Positions 29,501 through 47,651 of a stretch of 64,000 nt of DNA are shown here, in pieces. The position numbers and the translations under genes were made by a program. The notes under the pieces were generated by a model. That model was given only the letters and a program-made list of their open reading frames with translations. It ran no database searches and was not told the DNA's origin. The stretch covers positions 12,090,001-12,154,000 of the forward strand of contig OZ176050.1 of NCBI GenBank assembly GCA_964247055.1. Direction: 5' to 3'. Positions within the stretch are counted from its first letter, which is position 1. The number at the start of each line of letters is the position of its first letter. The DNA comes from Paragordius varius. Taxonomy: Eukaryota > Animalia > Nematomorpha.

Positions 29501-32138
29501 ACACACCACTTATTTTTAGAATGAATTTGAATAGTTCGAGGGTGAATTTGAATTGTAACTGGTATATAGGATCTTCGTTTAGTGCCTTACATTGCTATAT
29601 ATGGATATAAGGAATAGTAATTGAAAAAATCAGTTGGACAATTTTTTTACAAAATCAACTGAAAAAAATTCAACATTAATATCGTGGGCATAATGACTCA
29701 TTGGCACCTAGGTCTGCCTCATGTATCACTCTCTGGCCATATTGGATATGCCCTGGCGAAATTCGTGTTGATAAAGGTCGCTAGACCGGATGATATTATG
29801 AGCATGATTTTAATGGAAATCAACTTATAAAGCTCGATTAATTCCATTTAATTAATGACGATATTTTTAATACATTGGGAAAAATTAAACTCGCAATTCA
29901 TCTATACAAATTAAACTTCTCTAATTAAATTATATAAAAATATTATATACTTTGATATGAGGCATGATTGATTTTCTGAATTTATCTTTAAACAGGATTG
30001 ATAATGATTAAATGGCAAGATTTTGCTTTGGGTTTCCAGTGATTTTGATTGATTGCATGACACATACATTTTTTCACCCATATATTCTATTTACAAAAAA
30101 ATATAAAATAAAGTTTATGGCTCCTTTTCCTAAAAGCAGATATTAATGAATTTAGACTTATGAAGAAAAGTGTTTTTATATTAGGTTAGTTTGAAAACCA
30201 TTTTTGGAAATTTTTTGATTATAAAAATTAAGCGCTGTTAATTTCTATTCCAAACTTTTATTATATATTTGAGTATAATTTTTATGCATTATTTGTTAAT
30301 TAAGTCAACGCTTTATTCAAAATCTCAAAGTAACAAGTTAAGAAAATTAAATACTTGAATTCGCGGCACATTTCAATAATTTTGATAAATTTCTTTGTAT
30401 ATTATCCTCTTTGTAGGTATAATCTTCAGATTTAGATGTAAAATTATTCGGATCCTTACACAGTGTTGTCAAAAACATAAAATGACATTTGTTAGTTGAT
30501 TCAAGGCTTGCTGAATTTTTCGTTTCATCATTTTGTTGATTGGAACATTTATTATTACATAGCGTTTGTAAGAAAGAGTTATGCCAATGGTAGAAAGCGA
30601 ATTGCGTATTCTGAAATTGAGAATAATCTCTCAAATTTCTCTCATTAGATAAGTGATTAAATAAAGTTTGAGTGTCAGATTTGATACAAAACGACGGATC
30701 AGTTTTAAGTTTTTGATTTTTTCGCTGCGTTTTAAAACAAATTACAAGGATAGGGGAATTTATATTTGAATTATTATTATTAAAAAAATTTCTATCACTA
30801 TGATTTAATGATGTGTTGTGCAATTTTGAAGATAAATTCGTTGATTGTTTTGATTTTTGAAATTTGTGCCCTAGTTTTTCCTTTGAGTTAAAGTTTTGCC
30901 TTCCTGGACCACGACTTAATTTATATCTTGTAATTTTGTTTGATGGCGTATAATTCACTGTCAAATTTCTGGCATTGGCCCTTTCGTCCAATAATTTCTC
31001 CTGACTTCGATTAGGATTTATATATTTATTAGTCATATTCAATTTTTGATTTCCGATAAAATTAACATCAACTTTGGAGTTTATTACATTCGAATTATTC
31101 GGGCTAAAAATACCATTTTCAAGTTTTACTATATCGGCAGTGTGCAGGGTTCCATTAACAATGCTAATATTGTAAGAGGTTGAATGAACCAAAATATTGT
31201 GTAATAAATGGTTATCATAAACATCAAAAAGAAAGGTATCCTCCCACCTTTCCAAATTTAGGGCGATGGTGTTTTTATAAACAATTTTACCTGTAAAAAA
31301 TGTAAGATTTATATGATTGGAATCAAAAAAATTGACAAAGGTACAAAAAATATAAATTATTAATTTTGGTTCCAAAGTAAAAAATGAAATTATACCAACC
31401 AAACGTAAAACAAATAGACAAACACTTTTTTTCTAAAGACAACCATATAATTAAATCTTATTCTTTTAGCACTCCCATTTTTGCTAAATAAGGATTAGAG
31501 ATAGTAATATAATTTAAAAGTGTAAATATATAGTTTCACGAAAAATCAAGGTTGAAAAGGTATGGTTGTTTTTTCAGTAAAATCTTTTAATTTTTGTATT
31601 CGGAAAATTATTTTATTACCTTGTATCATATCATGCCAGGTGAAATCACTTACAATTTGTGGATTAATCAAGATTCTATGGTCATTAAGATTTATGTTTT
31701 TTGAATCATCATTGATGGATTTAGCGGTACTTGTCTTAACAATAACCCCATAACGAGGGAAAGTACGTAAAAAGAAATGGAATTTCAAATTTCGTATCCT
31801 AGCATCACTTAAGCTATTATTTATCACATAGGCATCAAATTTTTGCCCAGATATGGTCAATAATTTATTATATAATCCAGTTTGATATTGGGGTATATTG
31901 ATTGGGCCACCTTGAAAAGGCTTTATGGTTTGTTGCGGTGCTCTGAGAGAAAATTTTTGCAACAAAGTTCTTTTAACTCGTCGGATTTTGTAAACATTTA
32001 TTCGATTTGTATTATCATTCATTATTTTGTTTTTAATTGATGAAAGCGATATTCGCTTTATGAAGTATAAGTTGAGTTCTTGAGTAACATCAAAACATGA
32101 TGGATTGGAAGGTAGTCTGATGGGTATATTTGTGGTGG
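26534..32138 (-). CDS. CSPG-repeat type I membrane protein, CSPG4/NG2/kon-tiki-like, highly divergent; 5' start not resolved
   Basis: Phase-consistent exons 32138-31620, 31290-30355, 30086-29951, 28550-26534. Splicing builds a CSPG repeat motif (P-R-Y-G ... DFTWHDMIQ|GKIVY). TM LFIIILSFVAISLTLIGLIILMF. C-terminus DKFWV resembles the NG2/Kon QYWV PDZ-binding end. Confidence 0.72.
28751..29011. mobile_element. MITE family F (long TIRs starting ATTATACGG)
   Basis: attatacggacaaaacttgaaaatttaaagaca... pairs with ...tctttatatttttacattgtgcccgtataat. Confidence 0.8.
29287..29564. mobile_element. MITE family A, diverged copy
   Basis: Subterminal repeats aattcaaattcaccct and right end gggtgaatttgaattgtaactggta. 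Confidence 0.8.
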
Positions 32139-32524
32139 CTAATTTTAATTAAAAATAAGTTAATAATATTAGTATATATTGCAAGCGACGAAACAAAAAA
32201 ATTGAAAAAGGAGATTAAAATATACATTTTAATTGATATTGATACATATATATAAAGGCAGAAAATAAGACAAAATAACGTAAATCGGTATAAGAACCGG
32301 AAATGTTTCTCCTTATAATTTTTTAAAGAAGTGCAATGTTTTCGTTTTTAAAGAGTCATTTACGGACTTAGGATCTAGTTCCAATGGTTTTTAAAACAAA
32401 ATTTCGGTTTTATTTCATTGATTTGGGTAAAATACGTTTTAATTTAGGTGTTTCTTTTCAAACATTTAGGTCTTCAAAGAATGTGAATATATGGCCGCAA
32501 ACACATTTACAGTAAAAAAATGAA

Positions 32525-32790
32525 TTTATACGGAAGTGAAAACATAAAGACAAATATTTTTTTAAAAGACAACCAACCATACTTTTTAATCTTGATTTTA
32601 TTAAAATATAATTCGTTGTTTTAAACTACAAAGTATAATAAAGAAATGTAAATTGGTAACACAATAAATTATGTATTTTACGATTGTAATTGTAAATGTT
32701 TTTTTATAGGATAAATTAAGGTTTAAAAAAGTATTGCTGTCTTTTGAAAAAAAATTTTGTCTTTATATTTTTAAATTTTGTCCGTATAAT
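32525..32790. mobile_element. MITE family F
   Basis: Colinear with 28751-29011; ends tttatacgga and tccgtataat. Confidence 0.8.
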
Positions 32791-32929
32791 TTCAATTTTT
32801 ACTGTAAGCCATAAGATGAGCTATTTATTTTTCTTATTTTAGGTTTAAATGACATGGAAGAAAAATGGTTAACATTGCATTATAAAAAATTATTTGGCGT
32901 TTAATTTCTTTAAAACGGTTATCAAAATA

Positions 32930-33810
32930 AATATGGTAAAATTTTGGCACCATCCCTCATGTTGTTGCTATTAGAATCAACTGGTTTATAAAATTACCTA
33001 TCAATCAGGTATTAAGTTAATAATTAATTTGAAAATATTTTACCATAAAATATTATTAAAATTTAATTTATTAACCTGCCATATCACTACGGAATAAAAG
33101 GATAATAAAGAATGTGAAAAATATCCCAATCATGTTTCGATTCGAAGAGCTTAATAGAAATTTCTAGGTTTAATTAATATTAAACTATAAAAAAATTTCC
33201 AAGCCAAAAACGTGGAAAACCGCTTTTAAGAATATTCAAACGTAACGTAAAAAGTTTATAAATTATAAAAACCATAAAAATTTCTTATAAAGAAAAAATG
33301 GAAAAGTTGTTACTGTTTAATGTTATCAAAAATACAGATCCTAAACTAAAATTATTTTTTCTGTGCATTAACAAAGGGGGTTGGGAAATCATATATACTC
33401 CTTAATCCCTTCTCAGTAAAACTTAATTTTATTATACATGTTTAAGGTCAGTTTAGGCATAGATCCAATATCACTAATTGAAAAAAGAAGTTTTTACAGG
33501 ATTTTATATTTGATATATAAATGTACCTATATCAAAAACTAAAACGCATCTACTCTTTAATAAAGATGAGTTTTATCATCTGTCATGCAATGTCTACAAG
33601 AAAATTTTTATAAACCAACTACTATACATATATTTTATCTGATCAATCTTTTTTAAAGATGAAAAATGTTATATTAGAGGTTATGGGAAACGTTCTTGAA
33701 CATATAAGGAAAGTACAAATAACTATTTACAGACAACTTGGTGTCATACAAAAAAATTATTTGACAAATTTAAAGTTTTGCCAATAAAATCAATCTTTTA
33801 TATGCCTGAA
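32930..33810 (+). mobile_element. Possible very old non-LTR retrotransposon (L2/CR1-like) fragment
   Basis: Only short peptide look-alikes: GKILAPSLMLLL (cf. GSILGPLLF) and CHTKKLFDKFKVLPIKSIFY (cf. HT.PLF..L.ILP). No intact YADD motif seen. Confidence 0.25.
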
Positions 33811-34816
33811 AGGAACCGGAAATATAGTTACGATATTTCACATTTATTTATTAATATTTTTTAATATCAAAAATAATTTTATAATAACCCCATATCTTTT
33901 CCTCTGACCTCCTAAAAGTTAATGACCATAATCTTTGTTTAGCGCCAAAGGGTTAGAACTTAATATTATATGAGATAATAATGATATATAATTAGATTTT
34001 ATAGTGTATGTAGTATTTAAGATGTTTGCAATTATTTTCTAAAACCATATTTGTTTTATCAAACAAAATTGTTTTTTTTGCCCATTACTAATGAGTAATT
34101 TAATTGAGGGGTCATTTTGCAAAGTTTATACTCACGTTATCTATATATAATAAATTTTTTATTTTCCAATTGATTTAAATACAGGCGAAACATGATAAAA
34201 AATTCAATTAAAAACTTTATTTCGATATAAATTATATATTTATTTTTAAAATCAATTATTCTGCTCAACAGATGTTTTAGAATTAAAAATACTTATAATA
34301 TGGATTATTTTTTATTCACAATTCAACATCTTTATAAAAAACTACATACATAAATGGTTAATGTAAAATATTAATTATATAAATTTTTTTTATTAAACTC
34401 TATTATACTAAAAAATCCATGAAAATTATATTCCATAGAAAAAGACCACACAAAAATATAAATTATATATTATGCGGTATTTTTTCTCTTTTAAGCTTAA
34501 AATTTAAGAAATAAAAATGTAAAAGTTAAAAATACATACAAAGGAGATAGATTTTAATCGATATGGTTTCAATTAACATAGTCCTATGTTAGTGAAAAGA
34601 AGAAATAAAAATGGAACTTGATATTACTAAGTCACATTCAAATTTATAAATATTTAGTAATGTTAGAAATTTTAAAACAATACTTATTTAAAAAATAAAT
34701 CCAAGTTGATAGAATATTTGACAGCTAAACTCTTAGAGCTATTCAAAATTTGATTCCAAAATTTTTGGCACAATTTTGATGTAATAATGCGGTGGGTGGT
34801 ATGTATGTTGTAAATA

Positions 34817-35082
34817 TACCATTTAGAATTCAAACCTTTACCCTTAAACAATTCAAATTCACCCTAAAAATAAATCTCTTTTGGGGATAATATAACTCAT
34901 CACTAATATGAAATATATTTTCACCACATAGTTTATTATTTTTTCAGCATTATTTTAATTTTAAACAGAATTTCGTATTTTAAAAATATTATAAAATAAA
35001 AGTAATTTTTAATCTTAAAAATACCCAATTAATTTTAGGGTGAATTTGAATGTCCAAGGGTGAATTTGAATTGTAAATGGTA
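34817..35082. mobile_element. MITE family A
   Basis: Ends taccatttagaattcaaac and gggtgaatttgaattgtaaatggta. Confidence 0.85.
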
Positions 35083-35230
35083 AATAATTCGATAGGTGTG
35101 AGAGTTCAAGTGAAACGAATATCGAGATAATATATGCGGTTTAGTATACAAGCGAAAAAGTTACTTCAGTTTTCTGGCATTAATTAAAATCGAAAAAACG
35201 CATATTTTTCGGACATTATATCGATAAAAT

Positions 35231-36783
35231 ATGGCGATTGAGGGAGGCGCGTTGGGTAAGTATTATTTGATAATAATAAGATTTAACCTCTAGTTTTGTA
35301 GAGCACTCACAATATCAATCGCTTTAGCTGCGAAAATTTAACCAAATAAAAAAGCCTTTATGCGGTAATTTAAACTTTTTAACCTATCATATAAATACTT
35401 ATATGTATATCCCAATATCTCGCTTTAAAATGATTAAAATAAAAAAGAAAAGCAATATTATGTATTTTCATTCTAGATAATTAATGTAAAATTTTTATAA
35501 AATTACTAGCGTAAATCTCGTGCTGCTACTGAAATAAGGGACAATAATCGAAAATAAGTAAACAAAATTCATATTTAAAAATGAATGGTCCAACACGTTC
35601 TCCGGAAAATTGTCACAACTTGTTTTGTACACGGGGTAGGCCCGAACTGGGGGCCTATTTCAAAAAAAGGGCGAAGCTATTGTCGGTTCAATGATTATAT
35701 TTTTTCGATGTTTGGATTTGAATGGGTCTACCGGTTTTCCGGAAACAGATCACAAAGTTTTATGAGAAATCAGTTTTTAGTGGGTAGCTCCTTACCCGGC
35801 AGCTATCATCCAATAAACGCTTGACTGAAATTTTTGCCTTTTAACAGGGAATACGTGGAATCTATTGAATTTTTACAGTCTCATATCTAGGGCGAAAAAT
35901 AGATTTAAAAAATTATCTTTGTGGCCTTTGTTTTTTGAAAAAAATGGCATTTTACGGGGGGAGCGGGTAAAAAGAGGGCCTAAATCAAAAAAGCGAGCCG
36001 GACTATGTTCGGCGCAATCGAAAATAAGTAAACAAAAATTATATTTGAAATTGAATGGTCCAACACGTTCTCCAGAAAATTGTCTCAAAGATACGATTTT
36101 TGTGGACTTCTGTTTTCAAAAAAAAAACCCGTTTCTCACACGGGGTGCGCCCGAACTGGGGGTCTATTTCAAAAAAAGGGCGAAGCTATTGTCGGGGCAT
36201 TCTTTAATGATTATATATTTTCGAAGTTTGGATTTGAATGGGTCTACCGGTTTTCCGGTACTAGATCACAAAGCCAGCATTTTCCATTTTTATAAATATA
36301 TAGATTAGAATACCATAACCATCAAAAAACTTATATCGATTCAGTCTTTTCGGATTTTATACGTCAAAACCAGCAAAAACTGCATTGGTCCAAAATTTTT
36401 CTAAAAAGTTCAATTCATAATTTCGTAATACCACATATACTACATTTTTAAAAAATCTCGACGGAAAAATTTGCCCAAAATATATTATTTTGTATATCCA
36501 ATAAATTAAAAGAAATATTCGAACCGTGTGAAAAAGGAGTTAAATTTTTCGATTCCATATGCAATTAATTTAATCTTTGCATATTCAAGAGAAGAATAAT
36601 TTGAGGCATAAACATAGGACCATTCTCGTTGTACAAAAAATAATGAATCTTTACTTCATAGGTTTTATGCGTAGGCCACTCCAGTCAGTATCCTATACTA
36701 TATGGATTGCGGGTGCCTGGATGAATGATATTTTAATCTTATCGCCTTTTAAAGAAAACAAAAGGCATTCAAAGAATAATTAG
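35231..36783 (+). CDS. Candidate two-exon small ORF, 48 aa: MAIEGGALGFMRRPLQSVSYTIWIAGAWMNDILILSPFKENKRHSKNN
   Basis: ATG exon 35231-35255 ends at a consensus G|GTAAGT donor. Acceptor ttacttcatag|G at 36661 is phase-matched to the only open frame of 36662-36783. Both exons are GC-enriched over the flanks. Confidence 0.45.
35545..36272 (+). repeat. GC-rich degenerate tandem or direct repeat (two ~215-255 bp copies plus a third partial core)
   Basis: aatcgaaaataagtaaacaaaatt...ccgaactggggg...gggtctaccggttttccgg..agatcacaaag occurs at 35545-35757 and 36015-36272; a diverged core lies at ~35950-36010. Confidence 0.85.
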
Positions 36784-37205
36784 GTAGAGTTCAAAGCCCA
36801 CTGATTTTTATCAATTATCTAGAAAAAGAAAAACACACCACACATATTTATTTTTATAGGACTAATATATATTATCAAATAATAAATTATAAATAAATAA
36901 CAAATCAAATCGAAATACATATATAATTTAAATGCTTTATGCATAATAATGGAATAATATATGGTGGAATCTTTATTGCAAAAATATAATCGTAGTATTT
37001 TTGATTTGGTAAAATCTTTTTTAATTTATTGACTAAAAAACATAAGCCAAAAAATATTTTTTTAGCAAAAGTGTAATAGAATTAAAATTTGTCCATTCTT
37101 TTTATCGCATAACATTACATAATCTTAAATTTCGTATTACTTTAAAAACTATTTATCAAGGACTGTGTTAAAAAATAACGTTGTACAGAAAGCTTTTGCC
37201 AATGT

Positions 37206-43979
<6,774 letters not shown>

Positions 43980-44076
43980 GTATGAAGTTACGAACGAATA
44001 AAACAAGCACATGTAACGAAAAAGTCATCAGAACAGTGGTATCCAGCAAAAAATTAAAAAGCCGCAAAAATATTTA

Positions 44077-44299
44077 CAGTAATGTAACCTTTATTTTATT
44101 AAAAATTTAATTTCTTTCGTTAAATGGGTATAAATATTTGGCAAAGAATGGAAAAAATAAGAGCTGTATTGTAGTAACATTATTATATTTATCAAAAGTA
44201 TAATTACCAGAGAGCTCTTGTTTTTTCCATTCTTTACCAATTATTTATACCCATTAAACAAAAATATAAATTTTTAATAAAATAAAGGATACATGACTG
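44077..44299. mobile_element. Tc1/mariner-type MITE (TA|CAGT...ACTG|TA) with ~90-bp TIRs
   Basis: cagtaatgtaacctttattttattaaaaatt...aagagct pairs with agctcttg...aataaaataaaggatacatgactg; TA on both sides. Confidence 0.85.
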
Positions 44300-44506
44300 T
44301 AATTTAACTCAAGGACCGTGCACCATGAAATATAAAAATTTGATAACTGTTTCGAATCGCTTAAAATAATACATCAATAAAGTTGATATATAATCACGCG
44401 GCTCGAATATCACTGATAAACTAAACTATTTAAGACAGGACGTTTGCACTTTTACATAAGATGAATACATATTGGGGTTCATAACCACAGATAAATTTTG
44501 TATTAA

Positions 44507-45062
44507 TACTTGGATACAACACACTCATTTTAGTTCTTTGATTCAAATTGGGGTAGTTAAATACCCCAGGCCCGTTTAAAATAAAATTCTTTAAAAAATA
44601 TGGAAGAAATCAAAACCATGGCAAAATTTTGCACTAATATATAATTAATAAACCGAAATATATAAATTTTTTTCAAAAATACTTGTTATTACTTATTTTA
44701 AGCTAAAATTGAAAGGTAAAAATTTAATTAACGTGACATGTGTGCAATGGTAAAATTAAAAAATAATACGAAATAAACCGCTTTTTCTATTTCTATCAAT
44801 GTTAGATGTAATTTAAATAAAAAATTATCTTTGATTTTACCCTTAAAATTAGACGATATTTTGCAAAAACTTTGTGAAATAAAAATGGCGGCGAAGTAGT
44901 TTAACATGAAACTTTTTTTTCAAAACAAAATTTTAAGATATTTTGGCATATTTATACAATTTTTATTAGGTAAATATTAATTGAGACCGTTAGTAGTTTT
45001 TTAAAAATTCCTAACTCAAATTTAATCTGGGGTATTTAGATACCCTAATTTGAATCAAAGTC
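44507..45062 (-). mobile_element. Family B element with TTAA target duplication
   Basis: TTAA at 44503-44506 and 45063-45066; full-length colinearity with the other copies. Confidence 0.9.
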
Positions 45063-45229
45063 TTAATATAATAATTGAGTGTTGTTTTTTTAAAAATATT
45101 ATTAACACATTACCTTTTCATTATTTGTCCTAGTTTACCTTTAAGTAGTTTCATATCCATATTTCAGTTAAAATTTAATTATCAAACATTGTTCGCAAGT
45201 ATTAGATAAAAGGCTTAAATTTTACAGTT

Positions 45230-45590
45230 TTGTGACTTCGAGTTTTAAATTGGGACCTTTTCCAAAACAGGGTTGAAAAGAACACATGATAAAAATATAT
45301 CAGGTTTTGCTGGCAAAATGTAGCCTGGAAGCTTTGTAATTATTTACATTTTCTAACCATAGTATACAGTGGTTTGCCTATTGCATTAGCGATTTAAAAT
45401 TATAGAAAAAACATGGAGGCAAATAATTTTGAGATGAAATTTTTTTAACAATTTAAAATTTTTTTTTAAAAAATTTTGCATAATGCGCCTAAAGGCTAAA
45501 GAAATCATTTTTTAATTCGACGTAATACCTCAAATACTTTTTAAGATATTATAATTTATTCAGGGTTATAATATTACCCCAAAAGGTCAG
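45230..45590 (+). repeat. Interspersed repeat family C
   Basis: Colinear with 59283-59665 (ttaaattggga...gcgatttaaaa...aaaggctaaagaaatc...ccccaaaaggt). Confidence 0.75.
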
Positions 45591-45600
45591 GAATGGTAAC

Positions 45601-46054
45601 AATTCGATTTGAATCGGGGCATCTAGAGACGTCCTTTATTTAAGTATTATTTAAAAATACTGAAAGAAACGGTTCCAATTTAAATTTATGATTCTATCCT
45701 AACAAAATTTAAAGCCTAAATATCTAAATAAAAATTTTAAAAAATGTTCCATATTAAACTACTTCAACTCCGTTTTTATCACAACATTTTTGCGAAATCG
45801 TTTAATTCTAAATCAAAAATATTATTTTAATTTAAATCACATACAACATTACTATAAACAGAAAAAGTAGCTTTTGTATTATTTTTTACCTTAAAGTTCA
45901 TCAATAAAATAATTATCTTTTTTAAATGATTTTTTTATATTTGGGTGTATCAATATTATATAAGCGCATTTTGCAATGGTTTCAAAGAGCTCTCGGGTCT
46001 CCAAAGACACCAAATAAAATCGGTGGACTGAAATGAATGTGCTGTATCCAAGTG
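45601..46054 (+). mobile_element. Family B element, old degenerate copy
   Basis: gaaacggttccaatttaaatttatg...aaactacttc... and terminal gctgtatccaagtg match 11416-11996. Confidence 0.65.
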
Positions 46055-47651
46055 TTACCAAATATAACTCTCTTATATTAGAAAGATTCTCTTTACAGTT
46101 TTGAAAGTTCCAAACTCTAAAACTAAAATAGCAATCAATTTAATCTGAAACAGCCTATTTTAAAATCAACAAAATATAGGGCCAAAATAAATTCAAAAAC
46201 ATTTTAACACTTTATTACTTTATAACTTTGTAGTTGAATTCATTTTGTGATCGTACCTCAGAGTTATACTTGTAGTACTGTTTTCATTTGGTTATAATTT
46301 TTATCAATATGTCAGATGAAATAAGAATATTTACAGTTTTGTAATACTTCCTATTTAAATTCCGGATAGATCCGAAACCCTATGAAAATCAATGAATTAA
46401 ATATAAAAAATTGCTGCGCAAATAAAATCACAAATTTTTTTAAATTACTTTACATTTTTAACCATAATATACATTTATTTCCCTATGGTAATGATTCAAA
46501 AAATTTACAGAAAAATGGCGGCAAAAAGTCTAAGATTGTTGTAAAAAATGAATCATGCGCATTTAAAGACGAATGCATATTTTAAATTTGGTCCAATATC
46601 TTATATATTTATGGAATATAAAATCGCAGAGTGGTAAGTCGTTACATTCAAAATTTATGTTATTTAAATTTCGTTATACATTCATTATCTTGTTGACAAT
46701 TTTCTGTCATACATAGAATATTAGCTTGTGCAATTGTATTTTAACATCTTTTTATAGAGAATTTCCCAATTAAAATCTAAAAAACGTTATAAGCAAAGTA
46801 TAATTTTAACATATACCTTTTATGTTAAAACATGTATAATAGCCGCGCCTAAATCTTAAAACGGTTTCTAAAAAATGGGTTTTGAAATCTTAATTATCCA
46901 ACATTCTGACATGTTAGTTGCTTTTTTATTTATAAGAAGTAACATAATATAATTTTGCTTTTATAACTACATTTTTAGCAAATTAGTCGTAGCTAAAATA
47001 ATTAAGCTATCTGGGTGAGAAAATGATCGGAACTATTGGACCAAAAGCAATGTCAGAACTCGAATTACAAAAAATCGAACTTATTTACATCACCAATATT
47101 CCAGAAAAATATTATATGTAAGGAACTAGAGCCAAATTAATCTAAATTATTATTATTAATAGTATATATATATTACAATTTTATATTATCCCAATTACGT
47201 TTTTAATTGGGGGCAAAAATCTATTGATAAACCAAAAATTTAAAATATGTTTTTTGGATTCCTATGGAGGTGCATCTTTGTTGCGCTCATAATATATCAC
47301 AATAAGCATGGAATGGAACAAAAGATAAATTTTGGGGTAATCTATCAATGATTTTCTTGCTTATTTGTATCTAACATACCATCGCTAAAAATAAATGATT
47401 TTTCCTATAATATTTTTCATATATTGATAAATCAATTAAGAAAGCGACGATATAATATTAATGCTAAATCCATAATATAAAAACCTATAATTTTTACACC
47501 TTAGTATATGCATATATTGACTATCTAGATGCGCATGGATATGTCAAATAAATGCCAAAATATTTTTCTTTCTCCCTATAACAATTCATTTTGAGCAATT
47601 TAAAATTTTATACACGTACCTTTAAAACGAAAACAGCCATCAGAAATTTCA

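Noticed and set aside
34120-34135. AG-ataac-GTGAGT 5-nt micro-exon candidate on the minus strand
   Set aside because: It cannot be linked in phase to any supported upstream exon.
35219-35226. TATCGATA (DRE-like) motif
   Set aside because: It is only a few bases before the candidate ATG, too close for a promoter element, and likely by chance in AT-rich DNA.
35585-36308. Four ORFs of 71-147 aa
   Set aside because: They arise from the GC-rich repeat, and the duplicated peptides mirror the DNA duplication.
47023-47121. Short plus ORF MIGTIGPKAMSELELQK... with a GTAAGG donor upstream of the GPCR
   Set aside because: Neither nearby acceptor joins it in frame to the GPCR ATG; at most a 5' UTR exon or uORF.
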